The notes beneath the pieces were generated by a model, which was not told where the DNA came from, made no database searches, and was given only the letters and a program-made list of their open reading frames with translations. From an uncultured archaeon (lineage in GTDB: Archaea; Iainarchaeota; Iainarchaeia; Iainarchaeales; VGJJ01), in assembly GCA_964356075.1 (NCBI GenBank), contig CAYHGC010000002.1, forward strand, positions 1 through 32,366: a DNA stretch of 32,366 nucleotides, written 5' to 3'. Positions 1 to 8,861 of this stretch are shown here, piece after piece; position 1 is the stretch's first letter, and every line of letters starts with the position of its first letter. The position numbers and the translations under genes are program-made.

Positions 1-1
1 G

Positions 2-199
2 CTCAACAAGAACCGCGAATTATACGAAGCGCGTGATGTTCACGGAACACACTGGGGAAGACTTTGCTGCATTGAAACGCCGGACGGACCACAATGTGGA
101 TTAGTGAAAAACTTAGGATTATTCTCGGAAGTCACCAATGATGTGAATCCGGAACCAGTTGAGAAATTATTGAAAGGAATGGACGTCTATTTGAAGTAA
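2..199 (+). CDS. rpoB2: DNA-directed RNA polymerase subunit B'' (C-terminal end; 5' truncated by window edge)
   Basis: Frame 2 reads LNKNRELYEARDVHGTHWGRLCCIETPDGPQCGLVKNLGLFSEV...MDVYLK*. This matches the conserved RNAP beta/Rpb2 motif HWGR.C..ETP.G..CGLVKNL. Stop TAA is at 197-199. B' starts 25 nt later behind GGGAGGG. It is absent from the ORF track because it has no start in the window. Confidence 0.85.
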   Translation, partial: LNKNRELYEARDVHGTHWGRLCCIETPDGPQCGLVKNLGLFSEVTNDVNPEPVEKLLKGMDVYLK

Positions 200-224
200 A
201 AACGGAGAACGGGAGGGAAACAAC

Positions 225-2042
225 ATGGTTGCACAAGAAGGAAAAATTTTCGTCAATGGAAAATTGATCGGATTCCATAAAGACATTCACAAATTAACCA
301 AAGACTTGATTTCCAAGCGCCGCTCCGGAAAAATCGATCCCCAAATCAACATTGCACTACATGAAGATAATTTTGAATTGTATGTGAACACGGACTCCGG
401 ACGCGTCCAGCGACCCGTGGTGGTAGTAGAAGCCGGAAAGCCCCGCATCACGAAAGAAATACTGAAACAAGTCAAAGACGGCAAACTCACGTGGAACGAT
501 TTGGTGCACCAAGGATACGTTGAGTATTTGGACGCCGAAGAAGAAGAAAACGCCAACGTTGTGATGCGCGAAGAAGACATTGTCGCCAAAACCACACACA
601 TCGAAATCAATCCCATGGGGATTTTCTCCGTTATCTCGTCCATGATTCCATTTTTGGAACACAACATGGCCGGAAAGACCTTGCACGGAGCCAAAGTATT
701 CAAACAAGCACTCGGACTGCCGTCCGTGAACTACAATTTACGCTCCGACACGGAATCGTACTTGCTCTATTATCCGCAGCGCGAACTCGTACGAACGAAA
801 ACCATTGACTTTTTGCACACGGACCAACGACCCATGATTCAGAACTTTGTGGTGGCGATTATGCCCTATATGGGATTCAACGTGTTGGATGCGGTTGTAC
901 TAAACAAAGGCGCCATTGACCGAGGACTCGGACGCGCCGCCTACTTTCGCAATTATGAATCGGAAGAAACCCGCTACCCCGGCGGACAAGTGGACAAATT
1001 TGAAATTCCCACCGAAGAAGCCGTTGGACACTTGGGGGAGGATCCCTACAAACGACTCGGAGCAGATGGATTTGGAAACATTGAAACCTATGTTTCGGAC
1101 AAAGATGTCATCATCGGAAAGACCTCTCCTCCACGCTTCTTGGAAGAAATCACCGAGTTTGGTGTGATTCAAGAAAAGCGACGCGAAGCGTCATTGTTTC
1201 CCCGTAAAGGAAAAGGTGGACACATTGACCGCGTGGTTATTACCGAAGGCGGATCCGGTGCGCGTATTGCGAAAGTAAAAGTGCGCTCGAACATGATCCC
1301 GGAACCCGGCGACAAATACGCATCCAAGCACGGACAGAAAGGAGTCATTGGGGCCATTATCCAGGAAGAAGATATGCCGTTCACCGAATCGGGAATTAAA
1401 CCCGATTTGATGTTGAACCCGCACGCCATTCCGACACGAATGACCATTGGACACATGCTCGAAATGCTTACCGGAAAAGGAGCAGCCTTGAGCGGAAAGC
1501 TCGTGGATGGTACTCCGTTCAACGAAGACCCGGTTGAAGACACGCGAAAGATTCTCCTGGCGAACGGATTCCGAGCCGATGGAAAGGAAGCGTTCTATGA
1601 CGGACGCACCGGACGAAAAATTGAAGGAGAAATCTACGTGGGAGTCATTGCGTATCGTCGCTTATTCCACATGGTCTCACACAAATTGCAAGCTCGTTCA
1701 CGCGGGCCGGTTCAGATTCTTACTCGACAACCTACGGAAGGTAAAGAGAAAGAAGGTGGATTGCGATTCGGAGAAATGGAAGGAGAAACACTCGTTGGTC
1801 ACGGTGCCGCGATGCTTCTGCAAGAAAAATTCATTGACGATTCTGATAAAGTCACGGAATTGGTCTGTGAAAACTGTGGAGTTATTGCCGTGAACGATCA
1901 AATCCGAAAGAAACGATTCTGCCCGATGTGCGACAGCTCGAATGTGTACCCCGTCCAGATGAGTTACGGATTCAAATTACTGTTAGACGAACTGAAAGCA
2001 CTGGGAATTTATCCCAAAATGCGATTAATGGACAAGGCATAA
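225..2042 (+). CDS. rpoB1: DNA-directed RNA polymerase subunit B'
   Basis: 605-aa ORF with C-terminal-half RNAP B motifs: GDKYASKHGQKGV, NPHAIPTRMTIGHMLE, GGLRFGEMEGETL. A C-terminal Zn ribbon reads CENCG...CPMC. An SD-like GGGAGGG lies upstream. Confidence 0.97.
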   Translation: MVAQEGKIFVNGKLIGFHKDIHKLTKDLISKRRSGKIDPQINIALHEDNFELYVNTDSGRVQRPVVVVEAGKPRITKEILKQVKDGKLTWNDLVHQGYVEYLDAEEEENANVVMREEDIVAKTTHIEINPMGIFSVISSMIPFLEHNMAGKTLHGAKVFKQALGLPSVNYNLRSDTESYLLYYPQRELVRTKTIDFLHTDQRPMIQNFVVAIMPYMGFNVLDAVVLNKGAIDRGLGRAAYFRNYESEETRYPGGQVDKFEIPTEEAVGHLGEDPYKRLGADGFGNIETYVSDKDVIIGKTSPPRFLEEITEFGVIQEKRREASLFPRKGKGGHIDRVVITEGGSGARIAKVKVRSNMIPEPGDKYASKHGQKGVIGAIIQEEDMPFTESGIKPDLMLNPHAIPTRMTIGHMLEMLTGKGAALSGKLVDGTPFNEDPVEDTRKILLANGFRADGKEAFYDGRTGRKIEGEIYVGVIAYRRLFHMVSHKLQARSRGPVQILTRQPTEGKEKEGGLRFGEMEGETLVGHGAAMLLQEKFIDDSDKVTELVCENCGVIAVNDQIRKKRFCPMCDSSNVYPVQMSYGFKLLLDELKALGIYPKMRLMDKA

Positions 2043-2058
2043 ACGGAGGGATGAAACC

Positions 2059-4677
2059 ATGTTGATGAAAAAAATCCAAAGCATCGAATTCGGAATATTG
2101 TCTCCGGAACAAGTCCGCCGAATGACGTCCATTGAAATTAAGTCCCCTGAAACGTACGACAAAGATGGTTACCCTATGGAAGGCGGACTCATGGATCCGC
2201 ACTTAGGAGTGATTAATCCTTCTCTTCGCTGTAAAACCTGCGGACAGAAAATGAAACAATGCCCGGGACACTTCGGAAGCCTCGAATTAGTTCGACCGGT
2301 GGTTCATCCTAAGTTTGGAAATAAATTGGAAGAATTGTTACATGCGACGTGTAAAGAATGTGGGAAGATTGCGTTGAAAGAAGAAGCCGTTGCCGAGTTT
2401 CGAAAAGAAATTGAACGTATGGGAAAGGAAGAAGCCGTCAAATTATTGGTGAAGAAAGCCAAAACAAAACGCAAATGTCCTCACTGCGGAGCCGCTCGCG
2501 AAGAAATCTTGCTCGACAAGCCGACGAATTTCTACATCGACAAAGATCGCTTATATCCCTCGCAGATTCGCGAATGGGTGGAGAAAGTTTCGGAAGAAGA
2601 CTTGAAAATGTTCGGATACGATTTGCAACGATTGCGCCCGGAATGGTTCATCATGACGGTGTTGCAGATTCCACCTATCACGATCCGACCGTCGATTACG
2701 CTCGAAAGCGGAATCAAGTCCGAAGATGACTTAACGCACAAATTAGTGGATGTTATTCGCATCAACTTACGATTAAAGGACAACATTGACGCGGGAGCGC
2801 CTCAGTTAATTATCGAAGACTTGTGGGATTTGTTGCAATACCACGTCACCACCTACTTCGACAATGACACCGCCGGAGTTCCGCCTGCGAAACATCGCTC
2901 TGGTCGCTCGTTGCGAACGCTGGTGCAGCGATTGAAAGGAAAGAAAGGGCGATTCCGCTACAACTTAACGGGAAAGCGCGTCAATTACGCCGCACGTTCC
3001 ACCATCATCCCGGATCCCTATTTGTCGATTAACCAAGTGGGTGTTCCCGAACAAATCGCCAACACGTTAACCGTCCCTGAAATTGTAACGGAATGGAACA
3101 TGGATGAAATGAAAAAGCTCATCAAGAAGGCCGACTTGGTCGTGTACATCACGAAGCCCAATGGACTGCGCAAACGCGTGGGCGAGCTCAACAAAAAGGA
3201 AGTAACCGACGAGTTAGAAGTTGGAAGCAAAGTTGAACGCGTCCTCCAAGACGGAGACATTGTGTTGTTCAACCGCCAGCCTTCTCTGCATCGTTTATCC
3301 ATGCTCGCGCATGAAGTTAAAGTCGTACCTGGACGCGCTATCCGAATGAATCCGATGGTCTGTAAACCCTACAACGCGGACTTCGATGGAGACGAAATGA
3401 ACTTACACGTCCCACAGACCCAAGAAGGAATGTCGGAAGCCCGCGAATTAATGTTCGTTGAAAATCAGGTTATCTCTCCCCGAAACGGACAGCCCGTTAT
3501 TGGGGGACAGGAAGACGACATGACGGGATTGTTCATCTTGACGATGGATCAAACCGAATTCACGCGCGAAGAAGCCATGAGTATGCTCTACAAAATCGGC
3601 ATCACCGAATTGCCCGAAGCCGATCGTGGAAAGAAATATTCGGGAAAACTCATTTACTCGCACGCACTCCCAACGGACTTGAACGCGGAATATTCCAACA
3701 ACACCGCCAAATTGCTCCGACAGGCCAAGATCCCCCAAGAAGGAAACGAGGCCATGTACAAGGATGCCCATGTTAAGATTGTCAACGGGAAACTCATCGA
3801 AGGAATTGTCGATTCGGCCCCGGGTGTCATTGAAAACATCGTGCGAAACTATCCTGCGCACACGCTTGAACAATATTATTTCAAAATGGCCCGATTGACG
3901 CATGAGCTCATGACCATGAAGGGAATGACCATTTCGATTGACGAGTTCAACAATACTCCTGAATTGGACGAAACACGCAAGCAAGCCATTGAAGAAGAAC
4001 ACCGCGAGGGTGCCGAATTGGCCGCGAAGTTTTCGGAAGGAAAACTCGAAGCGATTCCCGGACGAACGGTTGAGGAATCATTCGAATTGCTCATGGTGCG
4101 CTTAGGTGTCAAGACCAAAGCTAAAGTCCAAGCACGCTTGGCAGAATACAAACTCCGCAAACTGTTTGAGTCTTCACGCCCTACCCTCGACACGATGCCG
4201 ATCATTGTGTCCGGTGGACGCGGATCCATGTTGAACATTACCAATTTGTCCGGATTCTTCGGACAGATCAACGTACGTTCAGGACGCCCCAAGAAAGGAT
4301 TCCAGAACCGACTCATCACGTCAAACGACAAGAATGACTTGCGCCCGGAGGCGGGAGGATTTGTGGCATCGAACTTCCTGACGGGAATGAATCCCAAGGA
4401 ATACTTCATGCACTCTATGGGAGGCCGTCAAGGGGAAGTGGACACGGGTGTTGCAACAAAGGTCTCCGGATACCTGTATCGCCGACTCGCGAACTCGTTG
4501 AAGGACTTACACGTCGCGAACGACGAAACAGTCCGTTCTGCCAGCAAGGACATTGTTCAATTCCGCTACGGTGAAGATGGGGTCTTCCCCGCGCGAACCA
4601 ATGGAGGCAATTTCGCCGACATGGATGAAATTATTCGCAACATGCAACGCAAAGGTAATAAGGAGAAGAAAAAATAG
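2059..4677 (+). CDS. rpoA1: DNA-directed RNA polymerase subunit A'
   Basis: 872 aa. Zn motifs CKTCGQKMKQCPGHFG and CKECG..CPHCG, then RQPSLHRLSM and the catalytic NADFDGDEMNLH. GGAGGG lies 8 nt upstream of the ATG. Confidence 0.97.
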   Translation: MLMKKIQSIEFGILSPEQVRRMTSIEIKSPETYDKDGYPMEGGLMDPHLGVINPSLRCKTCGQKMKQCPGHFGSLELVRPVVHPKFGNKLEELLHATCKECGKIALKEEAVAEFRKEIERMGKEEAVKLLVKKAKTKRKCPHCGAAREEILLDKPTNFYIDKDRLYPSQIREWVEKVSEEDLKMFGYDLQRLRPEWFIMTVLQIPPITIRPSITLESGIKSEDDLTHKLVDVIRINLRLKDNIDAGAPQLIIEDLWDLLQYHVTTYFDNDTAGVPPAKHRSGRSLRTLVQRLKGKKGRFRYNLTGKRVNYAARSTIIPDPYLSINQVGVPEQIANTLTVPEIVTEWNMDEMKKLIKKADLVVYITKPNGLRKRVGELNKKEVTDELEVGSKVERVLQDGDIVLFNRQPSLHRLSMLAHEVKVVPGRAIRMNPMVCKPYNADFDGDEMNLHVPQTQEGMSEARELMFVENQVISPRNGQPVIGGQEDDMTGLFILTMDQTEFTREEAMSMLYKIGITELPEADRGKKYSGKLIYSHALPTDLNAEYSNNTAKLLRQAKIPQEGNEAMYKDAHVKIVNGKLIEGIVDSAPGVIENIVRNYPAHTLEQYYFKMARLTHELMTMKGMTISIDEFNNTPELDETRKQAIEEEHREGAELAAKFSEGKLEAIPGRTVEESFELLMVRLGVKTKAKVQARLAEYKLRKLFESSRPTLDTMPIIVSGGRGSMLNITNLSGFFGQINVRSGRPKKGFQNRLITSNDKNDLRPEAGGFVASNFLTGMNPKEYFMHSMGGRQGEVDTGVATKVSGYLYRRLANSLKDLHVANDETVRSASKDIVQFRYGEDGVFPARTNGGNFADMDEIIRNMQRKGNKEKKK

Positions 4678-4680
4678 TAA

Positions 4681-5895
<1,215 letters not shown>

Positions 5896-5928
5896 GCCGC
5901 CCGATTTCGTACGGGCACTCCGAGAAAC

Positions 5929-5966
5929 GGGTACATCGCTTCGCGAGTACCCCTGGCTATTTTTTT
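5929..5966. terminator. Hairpin plus T7 run between convergent rpoA2 and hydrolase genes (candidate bidirectional terminator)
   Basis: GGGTAC-A-TCGC-TTC-GCGA-GTACCC (5929-5952) folds as 6 + 4 bp with a bulged A. A T7 run follows at 5960-5966. A second 5-bp hairpin GCCCG/CGGGC lies at 5899-5916. Confidence 0.4.
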
Positions 5967-6597
5967 ATTCGTCTGAAATGCTATTCTTCTTTTTTCCAGC
6001 GAAACCCTTTTCGGGAAAAATACCCCACTCCTGAATGATGTCCCGTGCGATTTTGAGTTCGTTTATTCCATCGTGTGAAGTAAAGTGTCCCATGTTTTCT
6101 TCGATGAGAATGTTGGCATTTAATTTCTGGCGAAAAATATTACTTTCGGAAACGTAATCAACGTATGGGTCATCTGTTGAGAAAATAGCCCGCGTGTTCG
6201 TGGCGCGCGCAAATATTTTTTTCCAATTAATGGGGGTTTCCATCCAGGGTTTGGCAATCGCCCGCTCTTCGGGTGTTTCTTCCTCTTGATTTTTGAGTTT
6301 GGTCCAGGGCGCAATGAGTAATAATCCTCCAACAGTGGGATTTGCAGGAAGGGTTTCGATGTAGCGCAACACTGCTTGGCATCCGATGGAATGGCCTATC
6401 AAATATGTTTTTTCATTCGGAGTTGGAAGCGTTTCCTGGAGAGTAGAAACCCATGATTCTATTTTGGGATGATGCACATCCGGCATTTTAGGGATGAGCA
6501 CGCGCACCCCTTCGGCTTCCAACTGGCGTTTCAACCAAGGATACCAATCTGCATCCGGGGAACCGGACCAGCGATGCGCGAGGAGGAGGGTGGTCAT
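5965..6597 (-). CDS. alpha/beta-fold serine hydrolase, YdeN/RBBP9-like
   Basis: 210 aa. Nucleophile elbow GHSIGC, acid in STDDPYV, His in MGHFTS. The N-terminal LLAHRWSGSPDADWYPWLK fits the YdeN/RBBP9 layout. Family assigned from memory, not searched. Confidence 0.8.
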   Translation of the reverse strand: MTTLLLAHRWSGSPDADWYPWLKRQLEAEGVRVLIPKMPDVHHPKIESWVSTLQETLPTPNEKTYLIGHSIGCQAVLRYIETLPANPTVGGLLLIAPWTKLKNQEEETPEERAIAKPWMETPINWKKIFARATNTRAIFSTDDPYVDYVSESNIFRQKLNANILIEENMGHFTSHDGINELKIARDIIQEWGIFPEKGFAGKKKNSISDE

Positions 6598-6649
6598 ACA
6601 CGTATTTGATTCGCGGAATGGCCTTTAATGCTGTCCCCCCACCTGCTTC

Positions 6650-6657
6650 TTTTTATG
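6650..6657 (+). promoter_or_regulatory. TATA-like box (TTTTTATG) for the rpl30e-rps12-rps7 transcript
   Basis: An A/T-rich octamer about 95 nt upstream of the rpl30e ATG. It would give a leader of about 70 nt that contains the 6697-6733 hairpin. Confidence 0.35.
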
Positions 6658-6696
6658 TCTTTTCCAGGGGTTCTTCGTTAGAAAGCGTTGAGAAGG

Positions 6697-6733
6697 GTTT
6701 TGATGAACCTTTTCTCAAAAGGTTCTGAGAAAC
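6697..6733 (+). promoter_or_regulatory. Leader stem-loop with box C/D-like GAU/UGA internal loop (kink-turn-type candidate)
   Basis: GUUUU-GAU-GAACCUUUU-CUC-AAAAGGUUC-UGA-GAAAC. It has a 9-bp perfect inner stem, a symmetric 3x3 loop giving tandem G.A/A.G plus U.U, and a 5-bp outer stem. Its sequence parts recur at 22084-22099 and 22144-22152. Confidence 0.45.
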
Positions 6734-6748
6734 ACGGAGGTGTGGAGA

Positions 6749-7117
6749 ATGGATCACGCAGAAGCAGGGAAAGAAATCCGCCGTGCGGTTGACACGGGAA
6801 AGGTATTGTTTGGGGGACGCGAGTCCACGTATGCCTTACGTCACGGCGAAGGGCAATTGTTGATTGTCACGCACAACGCGCCGCCACTGGTTTTAGACGA
6901 TTTGAAACACACCGCTTACTTGTCCGAAATCCCCGTGTACGTGTTCAAAGGAACGGGCCTCGAATTGGGATCCGTGTGCGGAAAGCCCTATGTGATTAGC
7001 ACCTTATTGGTTCTCGATGGGGGAAAGTCCAAAGTACAGGATTTAGCCACGCAAAAAGACGAAGGGAAAACCGTTGCGCCAAAAACGACGCGCGGACGGA
7101 AAAAGAAGGGAGTCTAG
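6749..7117 (+). CDS. rpl30e: 50S ribosomal protein L30e
   Basis: GKVLFGGRESTYALRHGEGQLLIVTHNAPP...IPVYVFKGTGLELGSVCGKPYVISTLLVLD indicates the L30e/L7Ae fold. Its position after rpoA2 matches other archaea. ATG 6749 lies 8 nt after GGAGG (6736-6740). The ORF-track start at 6740 is a GTG overlapping that SD. The protein has a K-rich C-terminal tail. Confidence 0.93.
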   Translation: MDHAEAGKEIRRAVDTGKVLFGGRESTYALRHGEGQLLIVTHNAPPLVLDDLKHTAYLSEIPVYVFKGTGLELGSVCGKPYVISTLLVLDGGKSKVQDLATQKDEGKTVAPKTTRGRKKKGV

Positions 7118-7169
7118 TTGACTTATTTATAAGCCTTCTGATGAGCAAAAATGGTAACCGGGTGAATGA

Positions 7170-7598
7170 ATGGCGAAAGGAGAATTTGCAGCGCGACAGC
7201 TTGAAAACAAGCGAGCCAAGTGGCGGATGAAAGATCCCTACCACAAGCGACGCGTCTTAGGATTGCGCGAAAAACACGATCCGATGGAAGGAAGCCCGCA
7301 AGCAAAGGCGATCGTATTAGAAAAACGCGGAGTCACTCAAAAGCAACCCCACTCCGGAATCATGAAGTGTGTGCGGGTACAGCTTATCAAGAACGGAAAA
7401 CAAGTCACCGCATTCTGTCCCCGCGACGGTGCCATTAAGTTTGTGGATGAACACGACGAAGTGATCATCGAAGGTATTGGAGGATCCCAGGGCGGACCGT
7501 ACGGTTCACAGTGGGGAGTCAAGTACCGCGTGACGCATGTTAATGGACAATCGTTGGAAATGCTGCGCACGGGTCGAAAGGAGAAAGTTAAGCGATAA
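7170..7598 (+). CDS. rps12: 30S ribosomal protein S12 (uS12)
   Basis: 142 aa. [48 protein letters not shown] is the uS12 core. Confidence 0.97.
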   Translation: MAKGEFAARQLENKRAKWRMKDPYHKRRVLGLREKHDPMEGSPQAKAIVLEKRGVTQKQPHSGIMKCVRVQLIKNGKQVTAFCPRDGAIKFVDEHDEVIIEGIGGSQGGPYGSQWGVKYRVTHVNGQSLEMLRTGRKEKVKR

Positions 7599-7618
7599 AA
7601 TCATTGAGATGATACAAT

Positions 7619-8224
7619 ATGGAAATGAAACTCTTTGGAAAATGGGACACCAGCACGGTCGTGCTCAAGGACATGACGTTGCAACGCCAAGTTTCATTAG
7701 CACCCAAAATTGTCCCCCATTCGTTTGGTAAAGGAACCAAGCGCGCGTATCAAAAGGAAAAATTGAACGTCGTTGAACGATTAATCAACAAAGTCATGCG
7801 CTCCGGACAAGGACGACGTAAACTCTCTGGAAAATATATTCGCGGACGCGGAAGTTGTGGAAAGAAAGTCCAAGCCATGCGCATTGTAGAAGAAGCATTG
7901 GATATGGTTCACGTTCAAACAAAAGAAAACCCCGTGCAGGTTTTAGTACGCGCCATCGAAAACGCGGCCCCGCGCGAAGACGTTACACGATTGAAGAAAG
8001 GTGGAGTCGCCTACTCGCAAGCCGTGGATGTGGCTCCCTTGAAACGCGTCGATGAATCGGTCAAGAACATTGCGCTCGCCGGATTTTATGGAAGCTTCAA
8101 CAACAACACTTCGGCAGCCGAAGCGTTGGCAAAAGAAATTATTCAAGCGGCGAAAGACGACTCCAACGCGATGTCGATTAAGCGCCGAAACGAAGTCGAA
8201 CGAATCGCGCTCGCTTCGCGATAA
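7619..8224 (+). CDS. rps7: 30S ribosomal protein S7 (uS7)
   Basis: 201 aa. LINKVMRSGQ...KVQAMRIVEEALDMV...NPVQVLVRAIENAAPREDVTR...AVDVAPLKRVD is the uS7 pattern. It follows rps12 as in the str operon. Confidence 0.96.
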   Translation: MEMKLFGKWDTSTVVLKDMTLQRQVSLAPKIVPHSFGKGTKRAYQKEKLNVVERLINKVMRSGQGRRKLSGKYIRGRGSCGKKVQAMRIVEEALDMVHVQTKENPVQVLVRAIENAAPREDVTRLKKGGVAYSQAVDVAPLKRVDESVKNIALAGFYGSFNNNTSAAEALAKEIIQAAKDDSNAMSIKRRNEVERIALASR

Positions 8225-8302
8225 CCTTTTAGAAAAAGTTTAATCAAAAAGCTTCGCGATAACCTTTGCAAGCAAAGCTTAACCAAGCGGCTTCGTGATA
8301 AT
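8202..8302 (+). repeat. Three direct copies of the rps7 3' end (GCTTCGCGATAACCTTT)
   Basis: The identical 17-mer GCTTCGCGATAACCTTT occurs at 8213-8229 and 8251-8267; the first copy includes the rps7 stop TAA at 8222-8224. A degenerate copy GCTTCGTGATAAT lies at 8290-8302. Confidence 0.8.
8233..8250 (+). repeat. 18-mer AAAAAGTTTAATCAAAAA, copy 1 (just after the rps7 stop)
   Basis: An identical 18-mer is found at 15981-15998, just after the rps10 stop. Both copies are preceded by a short T run. Confidence 0.8.
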
Positions 8303-8361
8303 GCGCAGGATTTTCCCAGCTATGCGTGTACCTTTTTATTTTACAGAACGCTTAGCTCGGC

Positions 8362-8859
8362 ATGCGACCTATTCGTTCTCATCGGGGACGGCCCTCCAAT
8401 ATGTTTTTGCGCCGATTCTTCATGCCATTGGAAAAGATTTCGCGTGAACAGTTGCTCGCCCGCAGCATGGCGGAGGGACTCGTCGACTTGCACCCAATCG
8501 AAAAAGGAGGAATGGCCACAGGCGTTGAATGGAGGCCCACGGCTAAGGGTGTACTCGTCCAATTGAGCAACCGCGGATATCCTGCGAAATGGGAACAGAT
8601 GAAACATCGTGAACAAGCAGACGCCTATCATTTGATCGACCGTTATTTCAATCAGTGGAGGAGAGAAAACCGATCTCAGCGGCATGATCGTGAGCTGTGC
8701 TTAGATCAAATTCAGGCGGTTCAACGAAACATCGATATGCTTGAAGGCTTGCTGAAAGAAATGTCTCCCTCAACTCGGAGAAGTGTCCTCATTCGTCTCC
8801 GCACGCGCCTGCTTAACTACAGCAGCATCCTCCTGGGTGTAAACGAGCAATTTTCGTGA
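8362..8859 (+). CDS. hypothetical basic protein (orphan, 165 aa)
   Basis: 498-nt ORF. A TATA-like TTTTTATTTTA (8333-8343) is centred about 24 nt before the ATG, the leaderless geometry seen for other first cistrons here. I recognise no family. It is Arg-rich, and an overlapping antisense ORF (8341-8685) makes the call less certain. Confidence 0.5.
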   Translation: MRPIRSHRGRPSNMFLRRFFMPLEKISREQLLARSMAEGLVDLHPIEKGGMATGVEWRPTAKGVLVQLSNRGYPAKWEQMKHREQADAYHLIDRYFNQWRRENRSQRHDRELCLDQIQAVQRNIDMLEGLLKEMSPSTRRSVLIRLRTRLLNYSSILLGVNEQFS

Positions 8860-8861
8860 GT

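Noticed and set aside
3448-4409. 184-aa and 177-aa antisense ORFs inside rpoA1
   Set aside because: They overlap a strongly conserved, clearly coding frame. The sequences have no recognisable features. These are typical shadow ORFs.
6701-6728. Reading the UGAUGA/CUGA pairs (also 22089-22152) as a genuine C/D box methylation-guide sRNA
   Set aside because: There are no internal C'/D' boxes. The would-be guide region is fully self-complementary (9-bp hairpin). Spacing of 18 nt, or 54 nt in the second copy, is wrong for archaeal C/D sRNAs. I kept it only as a K-turn-type protein-binding candidate.
7138-7179. CUGAUGAG ... CGAAAG, resembling hammerhead ribozyme core sequences upstream of or overlapping the rps12 start
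   Set aside because: No helix II between the two boxes (only about 2 bp) and no helices I or III. The second box lies inside the rps12 coding sequence. Most likely coincidence.
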